64,000 nucleotides of DNA from the NCBI GenBank assembly GCA_024704765.1, contig JAKMXF010000012.1, positions 42,397 to 106,396 on the forward strand. The letters run 5' to 3'. Of the stretch, positions 48,053 through 61,248 are shown piece after piece (position 1 is the first letter of the stretch; every line of letters starts with the position of its first letter). Below the pieces are notes generated by a model, which was given only the letters and a program-made list of their open reading frames with translations, was not told the DNA's origin and searched no databases. Source of the DNA: Oopsacas minuta. Its lineage: Eukaryota; Animalia; Porifera. The position numbers and the translations under genes are program-made.

Positions 48053-50426
48053 ACAATCAATCAAAAGAGAGAATTTTAATCACATTAAGCAACTATCTCT
48101 TATATATTTATTTAATAGTTTCTTACAATTAAAATTTTTCTTAAAATTCACATTTTAAATCAATTAAGCGGGGAAAATAGTCATATTTTGGGCGCCAAAA
48201 TCATATCCCGCCAAAAATCATACCACGCTTCGCGGCTTGCGAGCACAACAAGTTGTCCTTTTTGGTATCTCTTGTACTTTTGATAGACTATTTAGATGAT
48301 TGAAATCTTATTCACCAATTATGTTACCTATCTCAGAGAGTTTTTGAGACATCCCTTAAATGTTAGAACCTTTCCTAGATTTGTAACATCCCACACACAT
48401 GCCAAATACCAGATTCTAGCTCTTACCCCAGCTGTTTTCAGGCTTGTGTCAACACATAAGGAAGTTTGATTTTATCGCATAGTAAACAATTTGACATACT
48501 TGTGGTTAACTTTCAATTAATAATAATTCTTATTATTATTATTATCAAAACAGATTTAATTAATATTTCACGGTTAAGTTGCAAAATATGTGAAGTACGC
48601 CAGAAGAGCCTTGGAGAGATCTGTGCTCGTTAATTATCCATTGTACGACGAGTTCACTGAAGTATAATGGAACTGAAACCATAACAGACTGTAGAACTAA
48701 ACCGCTAAAAAGGGAACTTGTGGAAATGGAGTGAAATACATAGAGCGAATTCCTAGTCGCATAGAAATGAACCTCCACAGACGAGGTAGAATTTTTCGGC
48801 GTCCCTTATGGAGATTACTGTTACTTTTGAATCAATAAATGCCTCATAAAAACCGTTGGTTTCATGAAATATAAATTTTGAAAATTCAAATTGAAACTGT
48901 CCTCTAATTTTTGCTGTAGAAAATGCAAAAACGGGGCTAAAACAGGCGCCTAATAAAGATAATTAACAAAATATGCGTCAATTAGTATTATACGCACAAT
49001 GAAGACGTTTAATACGCAATGTCATAGTTAGAAATGAAAACAAAAACTAATTACGGATATTACAAAAATGATGTTATACAATTTCTAAAACACGTAAACA
49101 ACAAATTTGGAATCTGCAAACTGACTGGTAGCTTTCATCACAATTCTGTAATTCTATTTTAGAAAGAATTCGTAAGAAATTCGTCTTTAATTTTGATAAT
49201 TATCAGCGTATCTATGTGACGATTGGAATGTCAGACATTGTACAAATAATTAGGGTTAATTTGAATATGAGTTGTAAAGATTTTAGCTACCCAATGCAGC
49301 GTGGATTTTTCTAGGTCCTTAAGTGTCAGTTCACCGCCCATGAAAAAGGTTGTCAACAGTGGCCTGAAAGGTGATTAATCATTTTACACACCTTTTTGCT
49401 TATCAAAGAACTTTCATCCTATTTTAAATCATATCCTTTAAATCGGAATTTATTTTGGAACATATTAGTAATCAAATCAACTTTGAAGCAATTACTAAAA
49501 TTCCAATTACCTACACAGGTTGTCATGTAGCAGAATGTCACCAAAATGCGTGGCTCGTACAAACAAATTGGAAGTAATACACGAAAATTAATCCGAATTT
49601 TGTGGAAATTCTTTTCCGATTTTGTCATAATTTTTGTTGACAAAACGCTTGACGAATCAATTCCTATATTCCATAAATAATTGAATCAAACAGCTTTGAA
49701 ATATTTCTTGTAAAATATCGAGAATTTAATAATAATAATATCAGTTACTATAAGTGTTATATTATTAAAATTGATAACATATAATTACCAGATTTCTAAG
49801 CAAAATTTTGTGATTACAATCCTATTTAGTGGTTATATGAATAATCGGTCTAACACTGGGATAATAATATCCTATTGTAAGTTGCTTAATAATCAGATTA
49901 GAGGGCTTAGAAGTGTACAGTAGGCGTCAAGTTGTGTGATTCGGATTATTCATATTTCAGCGAAATATTTATGAATCTCCTAGAAAGGTGATAAAATGTT
50001 CTACCAATTATATCACTTTGATATACTCAGTTTTTGAGGAACTGGTAAGAGCTACAAGGTTGAATTTTGGTATGTGTGTAGAAAGTGATAAATCTAGGAA
50101 TATTCCCAAATTTCTAACCGATATCTCAAAATATCTTTGAGATAGGTGACAAAATGTATTGACCTATCAGATTCACGGGTTTACCCATTTCTCTTAGTTA
50201 ATTGTGTACACAAATTACGTAGAAGTTCAAATGATATTAACACCTATCTGAGACTGGAAATTGATTGGTTTATGAGATAGTTTGCGTAGTGTAATATGTT
50301 TATCTAGAAAATTGTAGCCTCGGGATTAATGAATTTGCTAGTGTGAAGTATGAATCGTTTCTTTGATTCAGTAGCAAAAAATGCAACTAGCGTGAAAGTA
50401 AATTGTATTAAGAATATTTATTCAGT

Positions 50427-50579
50427 AATGACAACAGGAAAGACAAACAATAATGATACATCATATAATTAATGACAACAAGAAAGACAAACAATAATGA
50501 TACATCATATAATTAATGACAACAAGAAAGACAAACAATAATGATACATCATATAATTAATGACAACAAGAAAGACAAA
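50427..50579. repeat. 44-bp tandem repeat, about 3.5 copies
   Basis: Unit AATGACAACAAGAAAGACAAACAATAATGATACATCATATAATT starts at 50427, 50471, 50515 and 50559. Confidence 0.97.
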
Positions 50580-51324
50580 TATATAGACTGAAATTTGAAA
50601 TTTATTGGCTTAACTTTGATGTTACCCGCCAAATTTTGATAGTTAAATCGTCAGAATAAAATATTAACGCGCTCAAATTTTGAAATAGACGCGCCTAAAA
50701 CTGATAACTTACCCGCCTAATTTCATTCAATTGATCTTGTGGAAATATTACAAATTAACTGACAAAAGTGTAAATTGATATGTCACAAATATTTCCAATT
50801 ATAACCATATTGAGATTATCAATACAACAGAGCACTGATTTAATCGATGCAATATTAATAAATTACCACCATTTGTAAAATAGGCGCCATCCATATACGA
50901 AATATGATAGCGGCCACAATGTAATCACAAAAAGCAAGATAGGAGTGTTATCTATATGATAAGAATGCTCTCATTTCTTATATTTTAAAAATATTCAATA
51001 TATTTCACGCTTTGTAAGTGGTATACTTCACTTCTGGTTTTTTAATTAAATTAGAGGAATGTGGCATCAGTGCATGTGCTGCCTCTTCTGGTGCACATGG
51101 TAGTTAGTAATCCGACACTTTTGCTCATACAGAGACAAATCTGCCAGGATACAAGATAGTTTAATGGAATGTGACCAGCCCAGTGCAAAGTATTAGAATT
51201 CATGTTCTACATTTTTGTTGATTTAATTAATTGGATAAATCGACGAAACAATTGCACAACAAACTACACAACAAAGATTCACATAAATAAATAAATACTA
51301 ATAAACAACTAAAGTAAACAAAAG

Positions 51325-52007
51325 CTAATTAAACCAATCAGATTTAGACTTAATTAACGATTTCAATTCTTCTAAAATCAATCTCTTCAATTGGCGATTA
51401 TCCAGTGGGACACTAGTGGCACTGAAACTAACAACCCATTGGCTATCAGTTTGCTTAGTGCATAATTTTGAAATCGTTTGGGAAAACGAATCGCCCTCTT
51501 TAATAGCGCCCAAAAGTTGAAGAGAAGTTGGATTAGCCTCGAATGGTGTCTGCATGGAAATTGCCAAATTTGTTAGTAGAAGCGAATCTGATCCAATCCA
51601 TATGAAGTTAGAATTTTTCATTTTTAATATACAAATAAATATTTGTATATTTTCTATTTTAAAACTGTGTTTATATATTTTTGATTGTGGTTCTTTGTCC
51701 AATTTCTGTAATTTTGAACTCTCACCTAAATATGATCAATTATCATACACATGAACAAATATACAAACAAACAAACCTGTAAATAATCAATACATATAAG
51801 ACAATTAAACAAATTAAACGAGACTTGTTTGTTTACTGTAATCACGCAAACAAACAAACAAACATATACATAACAAATATACAAACAAACAAATGAAATA
51901 AATACACTACAAACCTAAAAGAACTGAATTAATTCCATATTGAATAATATGAAACTAAAATATCAGTAAATAATCATAACAACCGCAAATAATAAAATCA
52001 GTACCAT
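51325..52007 (-). CDS. PSMG4: Proteasome assembly chaperone 4 (PAC4); main exon about 51325-51705, start codon probably in a tiny upstream exon (ATG 52007-52005)
   Basis: HSF...ILKMKNSNFIWIG...LTNLAISM...PTSLQLLG...ISKLCTKQT...VVSFS resembles PSMG4. The track start is TTG and there is no in-frame ATG in the main exon. The 5' structure is uncertain. Confidence 0.72.
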
Positions 52008-53884
52008 TTCTATTATGAAACTAAAGAGTGGGTTTCAAGGAATCCACTTCTGTGCGTTAACACAACAATTAAGATCCAGCATAGCAACTGCTGGAATGTA
52101 GAAGTCTACAAAATATGATAAGCAAATTGAAAGCATAACGGAAATTCAATATACGTAGAATAAATACACGAGACTCAGCTTAATAGGGTCACATCGAGGT
52201 CAGAGGGTATTTTGACATGATTAAAGGAACCGAATTGTTTCGAAGCGAATTTTCACACTTCATTGCGAGAACTATGTCCACCTATCAGATTAAGAGAGCT
52301 TATACATTACATGTAGGCTGATATTATATTGGTTGGATTAAATATACAACTCAAATACTATGAATATTATAAATCATATAAAATAAGAATCGATGTGACA
52401 AGAATCAAGGATCGTAGGAATATTCACTCCTTCTGGACTACAGAGTTTGTGAAAACTTGAGCCTAATGTAGGTAACAAAAAGGAGCAGAGTACCAGCGCC
52501 ACCTCGATTATCCGAATGCTTTTGACATGTCCCACGAAACTATTACAACTTGTCAAGAATATTTAACCATCTTTCATAAATTACATCACTAATTACACAT
52601 CTTCTGAACTATTGAGAAATGGGGATATGGATCCTGAAGGGCCCATAGGAAGTATGTCTAAGGGGGGTCGCCCACAACAAATAGGAAATATGTAATCACT
52701 GGTAAAATACTAAAGTTGCATCAGTCATATTTTAAAAACTGGGCAGACTTGAATATGATGCTAAGAAACTGAAAATATTTTGTTGAAAAGTTTCAAGAAT
52801 AATCAAAGTATATATGAAAGTGGATATAAATCTGTTTACCAAGAAAATAGAAAGCTAATTAACCTAATTATGGAAATGCTAAACAAAGTTACATTCAACA
52901 AATCTAAGGATATAATGTAATGAAGAAGGTGTTAACGTAGATCTTCCTGTTCCAAATCACAACTTGTAGAATTCATTTTTATTTATTCTTCCATAGAATT
53001 ATAAACCATTTCCGTTAGAAACAGGATTTGAATTCCACAATTAGCATTAAGTCACCTACGTATGTTTCTAATTTCTAAATCATATATATTTCATCCAGGT
53101 TATGGAATTTCATTGTTACATGCTTATTTCACTTGCGCTGGGCTGCGAGGCTTGAGAACATTCGTGTCCACCGAATACGCCCTTCGTGAACTCATGGATA
53201 TATGCATAAACCAAAACTCGCATACTTGACAACCTGAATGAAGAAAAAAGCGGGACAATTACGGTTTAGGCAAGTTTTGGCGGGACATTAGCCTCGACAC
53301 ATGTCCGAAAAAACTGGACAGTTGGCAAGATGCACTTATGAGACATGAAAATTTCGTAAGATTCTACAGGTGTCGGTTTATGCGGGTTCCAATGTATCAG
53401 TATTTCGGGGCCTATTTAGAAATCATTTCCCCATTCCGACAATTTCAACAGTAGAACTCGGATAAGAGGTACCTCCTACTAACAGAAGTACGTCTTACTT
53501 TCCAAGTTATACTGGTTGTGAATATGCCTAGTCGACCTATCTATTCAATTTTGCCTCATACAAATACGTAAATGTGGTTTGTAATCAAAATCTTGTCGCT
53601 ACTATTGAGTTGTATTTTAGGATTTGCAAATACCGGTCTGCTGACAACCATATTCCTGCGGGATATTAGTTATTCCAAAACTGACTTCGATATTACGTTA
53701 TAAGTCTGGTTGGTTTATAACCTAGTGACGAACTTTAGGATTCAAAGCAAATTGATTATGGGCAGATATTATTTCAAAGTGAAACCAATAAAAGGTAAAT
53801 TCGCATAACATTATGAAACTAAAAGTTTAATTTTAGTATAAATAGCCTTGAATTGAAAAAGTTTTCAAAACAAAAAGTGAAAAA

Positions 53885-54517
53885 ATGGAGACACCAATCT
53901 TAAGGAACAAGCCAACTTTCAGAACATTGCCACATATAAACTCTTATCCTTCAATGTCAATAACAACAACAACGGAATCGGACAACAAGCCAAAAATAAA
54001 CAAATTCACTTCTCTCAATTTCTTACCAGTTGGTGATGATTTTGAATTTGAACAAATTGATGAAGAATATATGGATTCGACAAGGGGGCCCTCGGAAATC
54101 TTGGAGCATTTGTATATTGGAAGTGAAGAACACGCTTCGTGCATTTCCCACCTTGAAGAAAACAACATCACCAATGTCCTGAATGTTGCCAAAGGATGTA
54201 AAAATTACTTCAAGGGGGACTTTAAATACCATAATTTGCCAGTTCTAGATGTATGCGAGGAGGATATATCAGTGATATTTGAAGAGGCAATCGAAATAAT
54301 TGAAAAAGTTCGATTAGATAGCGGGAAAATTCTTGTACACTGCAACGCTGGAATTTCAAGATCTGCAACTGTTTGCGCGGCTTATCTAATGAAGTCACAG
54401 GGCATTTCTATGGATGACGCGCTCAAAATTATTAAAGATAAACGAAGATGTATTGCACCAAATTTCGGTTTCATGCTCAAACTGATGAAGTTTCAAGATA
54501 CGCTGACTCAAGATTAA
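53885..54517 (+). CDS. Dual-specificity phosphatase 2 of 3
   Basis: GPSEILEHLYIGS, ILVHCNAGISRS, AYLM, APNFGF; closely similar to DUSP 1. Confidence 0.92.
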   Translation: METPILRNKPTFRTLPHINSYPSMSITTTTESDNKPKINKFTSLNFLPVGDDFEFEQIDEEYMDSTRGPSEILEHLYIGSEEHASCISHLEENNITNVLNVAKGCKNYFKGDFKYHNLPVLDVCEEDISVIFEEAIEIIEKVRLDSGKILVHCNAGISRSATVCAAYLMKSQGISMDDALKIIKDKRRCIAPNFGFMLKLMKFQDTLTQD

Positions 54518-57500
54518 CTTAGTTCTATACACTTCCGCTATATCGCTTGTTATAAGTTGCTATTATATCTTCATAAATATACATATATTGCAAATTAAAG
54601 AAGGCGCTGCTTATATGTCTAATAATGTTGTGAAATAATAATTGGGGAATGAGTGAGCACAGTTCAATATTTGGATGGTTCTTTTGGAGTTCATGCACTA
54701 TCTGGGAGGGGAAGTTGGGCGATTGCTCGTGCGCTATTTTTGGTGTGCTCAATAGCATAGGTGAACCTTTAGGGGGAAATCATTTACATTAATGATCATG
54801 GAGCTATACTTATCAACCCTCGTTTCCATCCTTCTTTCCTCATAAGTTGTTAAACATCTGAGCAAATATTGTAATGACAGATTAATAATACAAATAAACC
54901 TCTACAAATTGGCTGACAGGAACGCCGAAATGCTTTCACGTTTCTGACAAGCCCCCGTTTGTGGAGATTCATTTGTTTGGGAGAAGTATTCGATCCGTTT
55001 CCAGAAGTTCCAGTTTGTGTGTGAAAGTTTCACTGTAATTCAATCAAAACCATATTTAGACCAAAACGGAAAATCCTTAAGAATCAAAGATGAATGCTTT
55101 AAAAACAAAACACAATTGCCTTTTAGAAATAGTGTTCGTGGTAAGCCAACAAATTAGTGCAAAACAAGCAATAGATTTCTAAATATAGAAAATAAAACAG
55201 ATCATCCTTTCATGAATTTATTTCTGAACTGAAATTATAAGTTAAAATAAAGTGTCAGACGACCAATTAAGTCCTTAAAAGTTCACAATATTCGTCACAC
55301 AATTTTATACTTTCCATTAATGTTTTGTCAGTTTATTGCATAGCAACATCAATATTACTCAGGTATTTGTTGTAGTAATATATACAAATCCTTCAATTGT
55401 TTCTCATCTCCCCTTCGGCTAGATTTTATTTGGATTTTTTGCAAATTTATGGATACTTTTGGTGACAGAATATGTGCCACATTTTACTACTAGTATAAGA
55501 ATATCGAAGGTCCCCTCGTGAAGTACACGAGAGTCTACTGTAATTGAAAGATTCAATATCTTCATGTCCCAGAGAGAATGCGATGAGATAATTGAAGTGC
55601 CAAATGTTTACATATTAAAATTAACGCTAAATTGGATAAATATACGCGCCAGATTGTACAACCATAATAATATATTTTCATCGAAAAGGTGTGAAAATAT
55701 GTAAAGCTATTTTGGTTATACACCTAAAAGGGCATTGTAAATTTGTTACACACCTTGACTACACATTTAGGACAATGATATGCGAGCATTGGCCCTCAAT
55801 CAGCGGTTCCCAAGGGGTCAATGGGTCCCAGGTTGAGACAGCTGCACTATTAGCTGAAGTTCAAGCGTCTGTAGGTTTAAATACACCCATTAAGTTGTCT
55901 TCATATTTATCTAGAATTCTAAAATTGATATTTCAAATATAAAAAAGACTCTAATGTCTATAGGAATTATTTCATGTTGTAATCAGTTGATTACAACGAA
56001 TATTTTTCTAATATTAGTTCCATAAAGAACTATAATTAATGACACTATTACTTTTGCAATTTCAAATCAATATTTGGGCATAATGCACGAATGAAAATGT
56101 GATATTTTAATTACTATAAAGGCAAAATCAATTTTCATATACATAATCGAGCAAATTCAGGCGCCAAATAAGTATGAAAATTATATGCAGCACTATTTAC
56201 TTTCAATTGCAAGCAATGTATACGCAATTCGAACAATCAGATTTTGCTCAAACGGTTTTCGTTGGAATATTGGTACATTATCCAAAAGTGGTATATGAAT
56301 TGCAAGTCACATTTTTTGACGATATATATGGAACTATAAATATAATAGGACACAATTCATAGTTATAATTCCAATTATAGTACCATATAGAGTATATTTC
56401 TAGATTTAACAGCTGTTCTAATTAATTAATAGGAAAATTGTGGTGGTAAGGAATTTGATCCTAATCATTATCATTTTGAAAGTATTTCTAAGATAAATGG
56501 GAATTATGGTTCTGATTTGTGTGTTTGGAACTGGGACCAACTGGTGGTAGTTGTGTTCACACTTTTACGGAATTATATTTGACCATCGCAGACAATGCTC
56601 ATCATCAAATAAGCCAAAAAAATCCAATTTTCACACCTTTTCTTTATCCAAATTATGATATGAATCTAAAATTGAAATGAGTAACCAAATAGGAACAATC
56701 ATTCTTTCCCGATATGATAATCTCTATTGGGTAAATTAAATGTCGTGTGTATACATTCTAACACCTAACTCATCTCTAATCCAGTCAGAGGCCATTGCTA
56801 TACAGCACAAAGTGCCAGCAAGCCACATAGTGCAAAACACGATTGTAATAATCATATGAAGAATGCTGTTAAAAGTATTCTTAATCTAATTAATAGAATT
56901 AATAAATATTTATGAAATCATTGGTAATATTTGTAAGAATCGAAAGACTTCCTCTAATTTGTATGATTAATGTCTCTTTTGGCGCGTAAAATGTTTACTA
57001 AAATTTTGTATTTGTTAAGTTCAATGTCTTCTCAATTAGTACAAGGGTCCCAGCCTTTTTGTGCATTTATCCAGTCATAGGAGTTCGCTGAAAACTTCCT
57101 AAAAACAATACCATATTTATTGTATTAATAATGCCCGCACGCGCTATATTGCGAAACTACACTCTGATTGAAAAGAAATGCGCGCTCGAATGCAGAAAAT
57201 TCTACAAAGCAACAACTTCAATTTCCACAAATATTTTAGAGTAAAATGATTCTCATTTTGGATATGTGAGATTGACAACTATGATTTTTCTTACACGGCT
57301 CTCATGGGATGACACAATTAGACGGTAACATAATTATCTTGTAATAATTTGAGTTTCACTGTCGGCACTTTTAGGCGCCAAATACCTAAAAAACTCCTGA
57401 CTACCAAATTATGAAATAACAATAAATATATATAAATATTTATGTAATACAAATTGTATTTCTAGTTCTCTGTGTATAGTAAATCGATCTTAACAAGGAC

Positions 57501-59650
57501 AGTATTGGATACATCGGCTAGCTAAGTATCCGTCATATAATATTGATGTAGCAAACAACAATGCAATTTGAATACAACAACAAACAAATAAACAACAAAT
57601 ACAATAAAGTTTAAACCTCAATCCACATCAAATTATGAAACTATAATACTTTCAGTTACAATATCAGTATTGAGAATATAATACAACCTTACCTATATCG
57701 GCAAAAGTTAAATTACAATACTACGCAATTGCAACTAAGCTAAAACTGTGGATATATTGGTCAAGTGGATGAATTTGAACACTAGGACATCTATAATCAT
57801 ATATTACATACCATGAATCATAGCATTCTATACATGAATATATTCACCAACTCCCTAACGTGCTTCTGTGGCGTGTTATGTCCCAGTTTCCATGGTTACC
57901 TCGTTGGTATTTAGCTACACCCCTCAGTGAGGGAGGGGATTATCGAATGAGGCTACTATTCTGGTACATAACAAATGCATTTATGACACCTGTGGAATGC
58001 AAAAATTCTTCGATGAGAAATTAGTCTAGGCAATATCTTCATATCCATAGTAAAATATCCTAGCACCCAAATATGTATTCAATTATGCAATATTATCCAT
58101 TGTTGTTGCGAAGTCTCTCACTTTACTAACCGTCACACAGAGCCTAGTGCCTAGAAGTGGTCTCACTTATGAGCGTAGTCCCGGGGGGAGGCAGCCCTAT
58201 AATTGGTATTCAAATATTAGAGGTGGTTGGTAACACCTCCGAAAGATTATATAAAAAAGTCACAAAATATTTGTAAAACTTGAGCCATTTGAATAATCGT
58301 CTTTGCTTACTCTTAGTATTTGCAAGATACTTTAAACTGAATACTGCCGGGAAAATGTGTGATTTTATGACTTCATATAGGTGCAAAAAATCTCCTTTTT
58401 GGTGTGGGAATTGATTGAAACGAAGTGGAAAAATTTTGTGTTTATTTTCATTACGAAAGTAATCAGTTAAACAGAGGAATGTCAATTAAGTATAATTTTA
58501 ACATTTTGGCGTATCATTGTTTCAATTGGCGCTTAAAATTACCCGCCAAAGTAATGAAATTTAAAATTAGCGCCTAAATAATATACATATGTATACAGCA
58601 TGCATATCATGCAATCTGTACGTATTGATATGACACAATAACGATGACGTAATAATTCTAAATATCTTATTACAATTGAGTCATATCAATGAGCTGTAAT
58701 ATTAGATAAGAGTTAAATGGTAATTATGATGTAATTATTATTCAAGGTATACCACGAGTAACATAAGTAGACAATACTAAGAAGTTGTAAGCATCTTATG
58801 ATATGAATTATTTGACAGTGAATGTTTGAATATAGATAGAGTTAGCGTTGCTTAACTGGGTCCACGGAGGACAGCGGTTCGCAACCTGACCCCTTGGTGT
58901 ATACGGAAGACAACAGGGGATCCATGAACCTCCTGTTGTTTACAGGATCTTCTCAAACAACTGTTTATCAATGATATTTGATTATTGTAATAGCACTAAT
59001 GTTGTTGGATTAATCTAAAAATTATTAGAAACTGTATTTTGGGAGACTCAAAAAATTCAATTCATCCTAGCTATAAGTAACTGTTATGTTTATTTCCAAA
59101 ATAAGCAGAAAAGTAATTATTCAAGAAAAATTTTAGTAGAATTCCCCGCTTATAGTGACACCAATTATTGCACTGTACTTTTTTCTATAATTGCTTAATA
59201 AAGTTACATTTTACAAGTATTTAAGTTTCTCATTTATCGTAGTGAGTTTGTGTAAGCAAGAAATGCCAATAAAACTGTGTGAAATAGGATTTTTGTGCGG
59301 GCTTACAATAACGCGGGCAATTCTGAATATTTCGGTAGAATAATTTGGGCGCTAAACTAATATGGCGCCTAAATTAATTATAATTAGCGCCTTTTTATAA
59401 AAATAATGTCTACTAGCATATTGATAACATTCAATAAGACTGAAAAATGGTGTGAATGACATAAATTGCACTATGCAAGTCCTACAACGTGTCAGAAAAG
59501 TGGCACACTAGCTGACCACTTTCAACGGGTTTGGCACACAAAAATATAATAATTAAAAGTCTGTATTTGCTTAATTATTAACTCAAAATCGCAGAAATAT
59601 TTACAAATACTACTGTCAACATAAGTGAAGATCATAAATAATTAAATTTA

Positions 59651-60451
59651 CTATATAGCAAATCCGTTTTGAATCCTTGCAAACCTGTCCTCTGCAAGAA
59701 TGTGACCCAGTGACGGTGATTCAATCCCAGAGGGGATCGTTTTGCTGGCAATGGGGCAGATAGAAAATGATCCATGGAAACTCTTTGCGCGCGACCTTCG
59801 AGCTAACCGTCGTGATTGCAGGATATATTCATAATCCATAAGTTGTGATAAAAATCCGAGATTAGGTGCGACAACTGGCCGACACTTTGCCACCCATCTC
59901 ATAGCGTGTTCGTATTTCATTCCTTCAGTACGCATCAAGTACGCGACACAAATAGTCGTGCTTCTCGACACCCCGGCGTGACAATGGACCAATAATCTCC
60001 GGCCGGATCCCCGTATTTTGTCAATAAATGCGAAACAGGCCTCGAAAATCGTGTAAATGTTTGTGACTGGATTATCCAGCACTGGACAATTGCAATATTC
60101 GATACCTTCATTCGGGAAATAATTCTCTATCTCGATGGTCACATTCAAAATTGCGTCAATTTTGAAATCTCTGAGGGTTGCCAGATTTGATGCGTGATCT
60201 TGTGAACCAAGGAAGAGGTATGGACGAATTTCCGCTGGGCCTTTTTTGTCGTAATCCATGCTCGAGTCCGTTTCACAAATATTCATAAACGTCGGCGTCG
60301 CTGGCTCCTGAGCTGACCGAAGTACCATCGGCTTTATAGAAAGATTTTGCGGTCTCTTTTTGAGCGGCTGGTTTGTTAAATTCAATAAATCAAGCGATTT
60401 CCGATTCTGGAATTTGGGAAATCTATTCACCATCGTGTTTGCTTTTGCCAT
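59651..60451 (-). CDS. Dual-specificity phosphatase 3 of 3; likely ATG at 60451
   Basis: GPAEIRPYLFLGS, LLVHCHAGVSRS, AYLM, APNLGF, plus a basic C-terminal tail. Confidence 0.92.
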   Translation of the reverse strand: MAKANTMVNRFPKFQNRKSLDLLNLTNQPLKKRPQNLSIKPMVLRSAQEPATPTFMNICETDSSMDYDKKGPAEIRPYLFLGSQDHASNLATLRDFKIDAILNVTIEIENYFPNEGIEYCNCPVLDNPVTNIYTIFEACFAFIDKIRGSGRRLLVHCHAGVSRSTTICVAYLMRTEGMKYEHAMRWVAKCRPVVAPNLGFLSQLMDYEYILQSRRLARRSRAKSFHGSFSICPIASKTIPSGIESPSLGHILAEDRFARIQNGFAI

Positions 60452-60798
60452 TTGTATTTTAAATATAACTTTGGAAATCTTAGTCAATAGATAGCCTTTT
60501 TATAGTCAAGCTATACAATAGAAGCTCTGTTAGCAATCATGAGTATTCTAATTTGATTCAAATTAATTCTTGAAGAATCATCCAAACTGGCATTCCGTTC
60601 ATATAGTTGTGTTGCTAGGGAATCGAATGAAATATTTGGATCGTTTTGGTAATTCGTCTGAATAGCAAGTTTGCATGCAAAGAACTCAACTATAATGTAA
60701 CTCTACCACAATTTGGGATTATGAATGAATGAAGAAATATGTGACTATCAGAATTTCTAGAAATATTCACAAATATCAAACTTACCAGAAACTCGAAA

Positions 60799-61248
60799 AT
60801 GGAAGAAATCAAAGAAATAAAACCTAAACAAAAATCTCGTTCAGACATTCGCATTCTTGATTCCGTAACTAGGCAACGAAGAAAGGATATCCACCTCGAA
60901 TCTTTGGAAAAAGATAATTTCGTAGACGACGAATCCATACAAATGTCAGCTGGGAAACAAACCATAAAAGAAATGGTCAAAAAACGCAAAAAAGTGAAAA
61001 CAGGCGAACATTATAAAAAGCGATTCAGGAAAAATTTCTCAAGTCTCCTAGAAGAAATAGAATTTCAGACAGACCAACCGAATTATTTCACCGCCAAAGC
61101 GCCGAAATCTATCCTACCAAAGAGGAAATTCTGCGCAGTTTGTGGCTTTCCAAGCTGTTATAATTGTGTCGTTTGTGGCGGAGTATATTGCACCATAGAA
61201 TGTCAACTGACTCATAAAGAAACAAGATGCAATAAATGGGTTGTCTGA
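60799..61248 (+). CDS. ZNHIT1: Zinc finger HIT domain protein 1 (Vps71, SRCAP/SWR1 subunit); single exon
   Basis: RILD..TRQRR...LESLEKDNF, FRKNF..LLEE, PNY.TA.A..S..PKRKFCAVCGFPS.Y.C..CG..YC...C...H.ETRC.KW. Confidence 0.93.
   Translation: MEEIKEIKPKQKSRSDIRILDSVTRQRRKDIHLESLEKDNFVDDESIQMSAGKQTIKEMVKKRKKVKTGEHYKKRFRKNFSSLLEEIEFQTDQPNYFTAKAPKSILPKRKFCAVCGFPSCYNCVVCGGVYCTIECQLTHKETRCNKWVV

Noticed and set aside
50427-50579. 44-bp repeats as a CRISPR-like array
   Set aside because: Head-to-tail units with no unique spacers, in a eukaryotic context with no cas genes.
12965-61248. Functional clustering of ARP8 (INO80) and ZNHIT1 (SRCAP)
   Set aside because: They are 40 kb apart with many unrelated genes between, which is compatible with chance.
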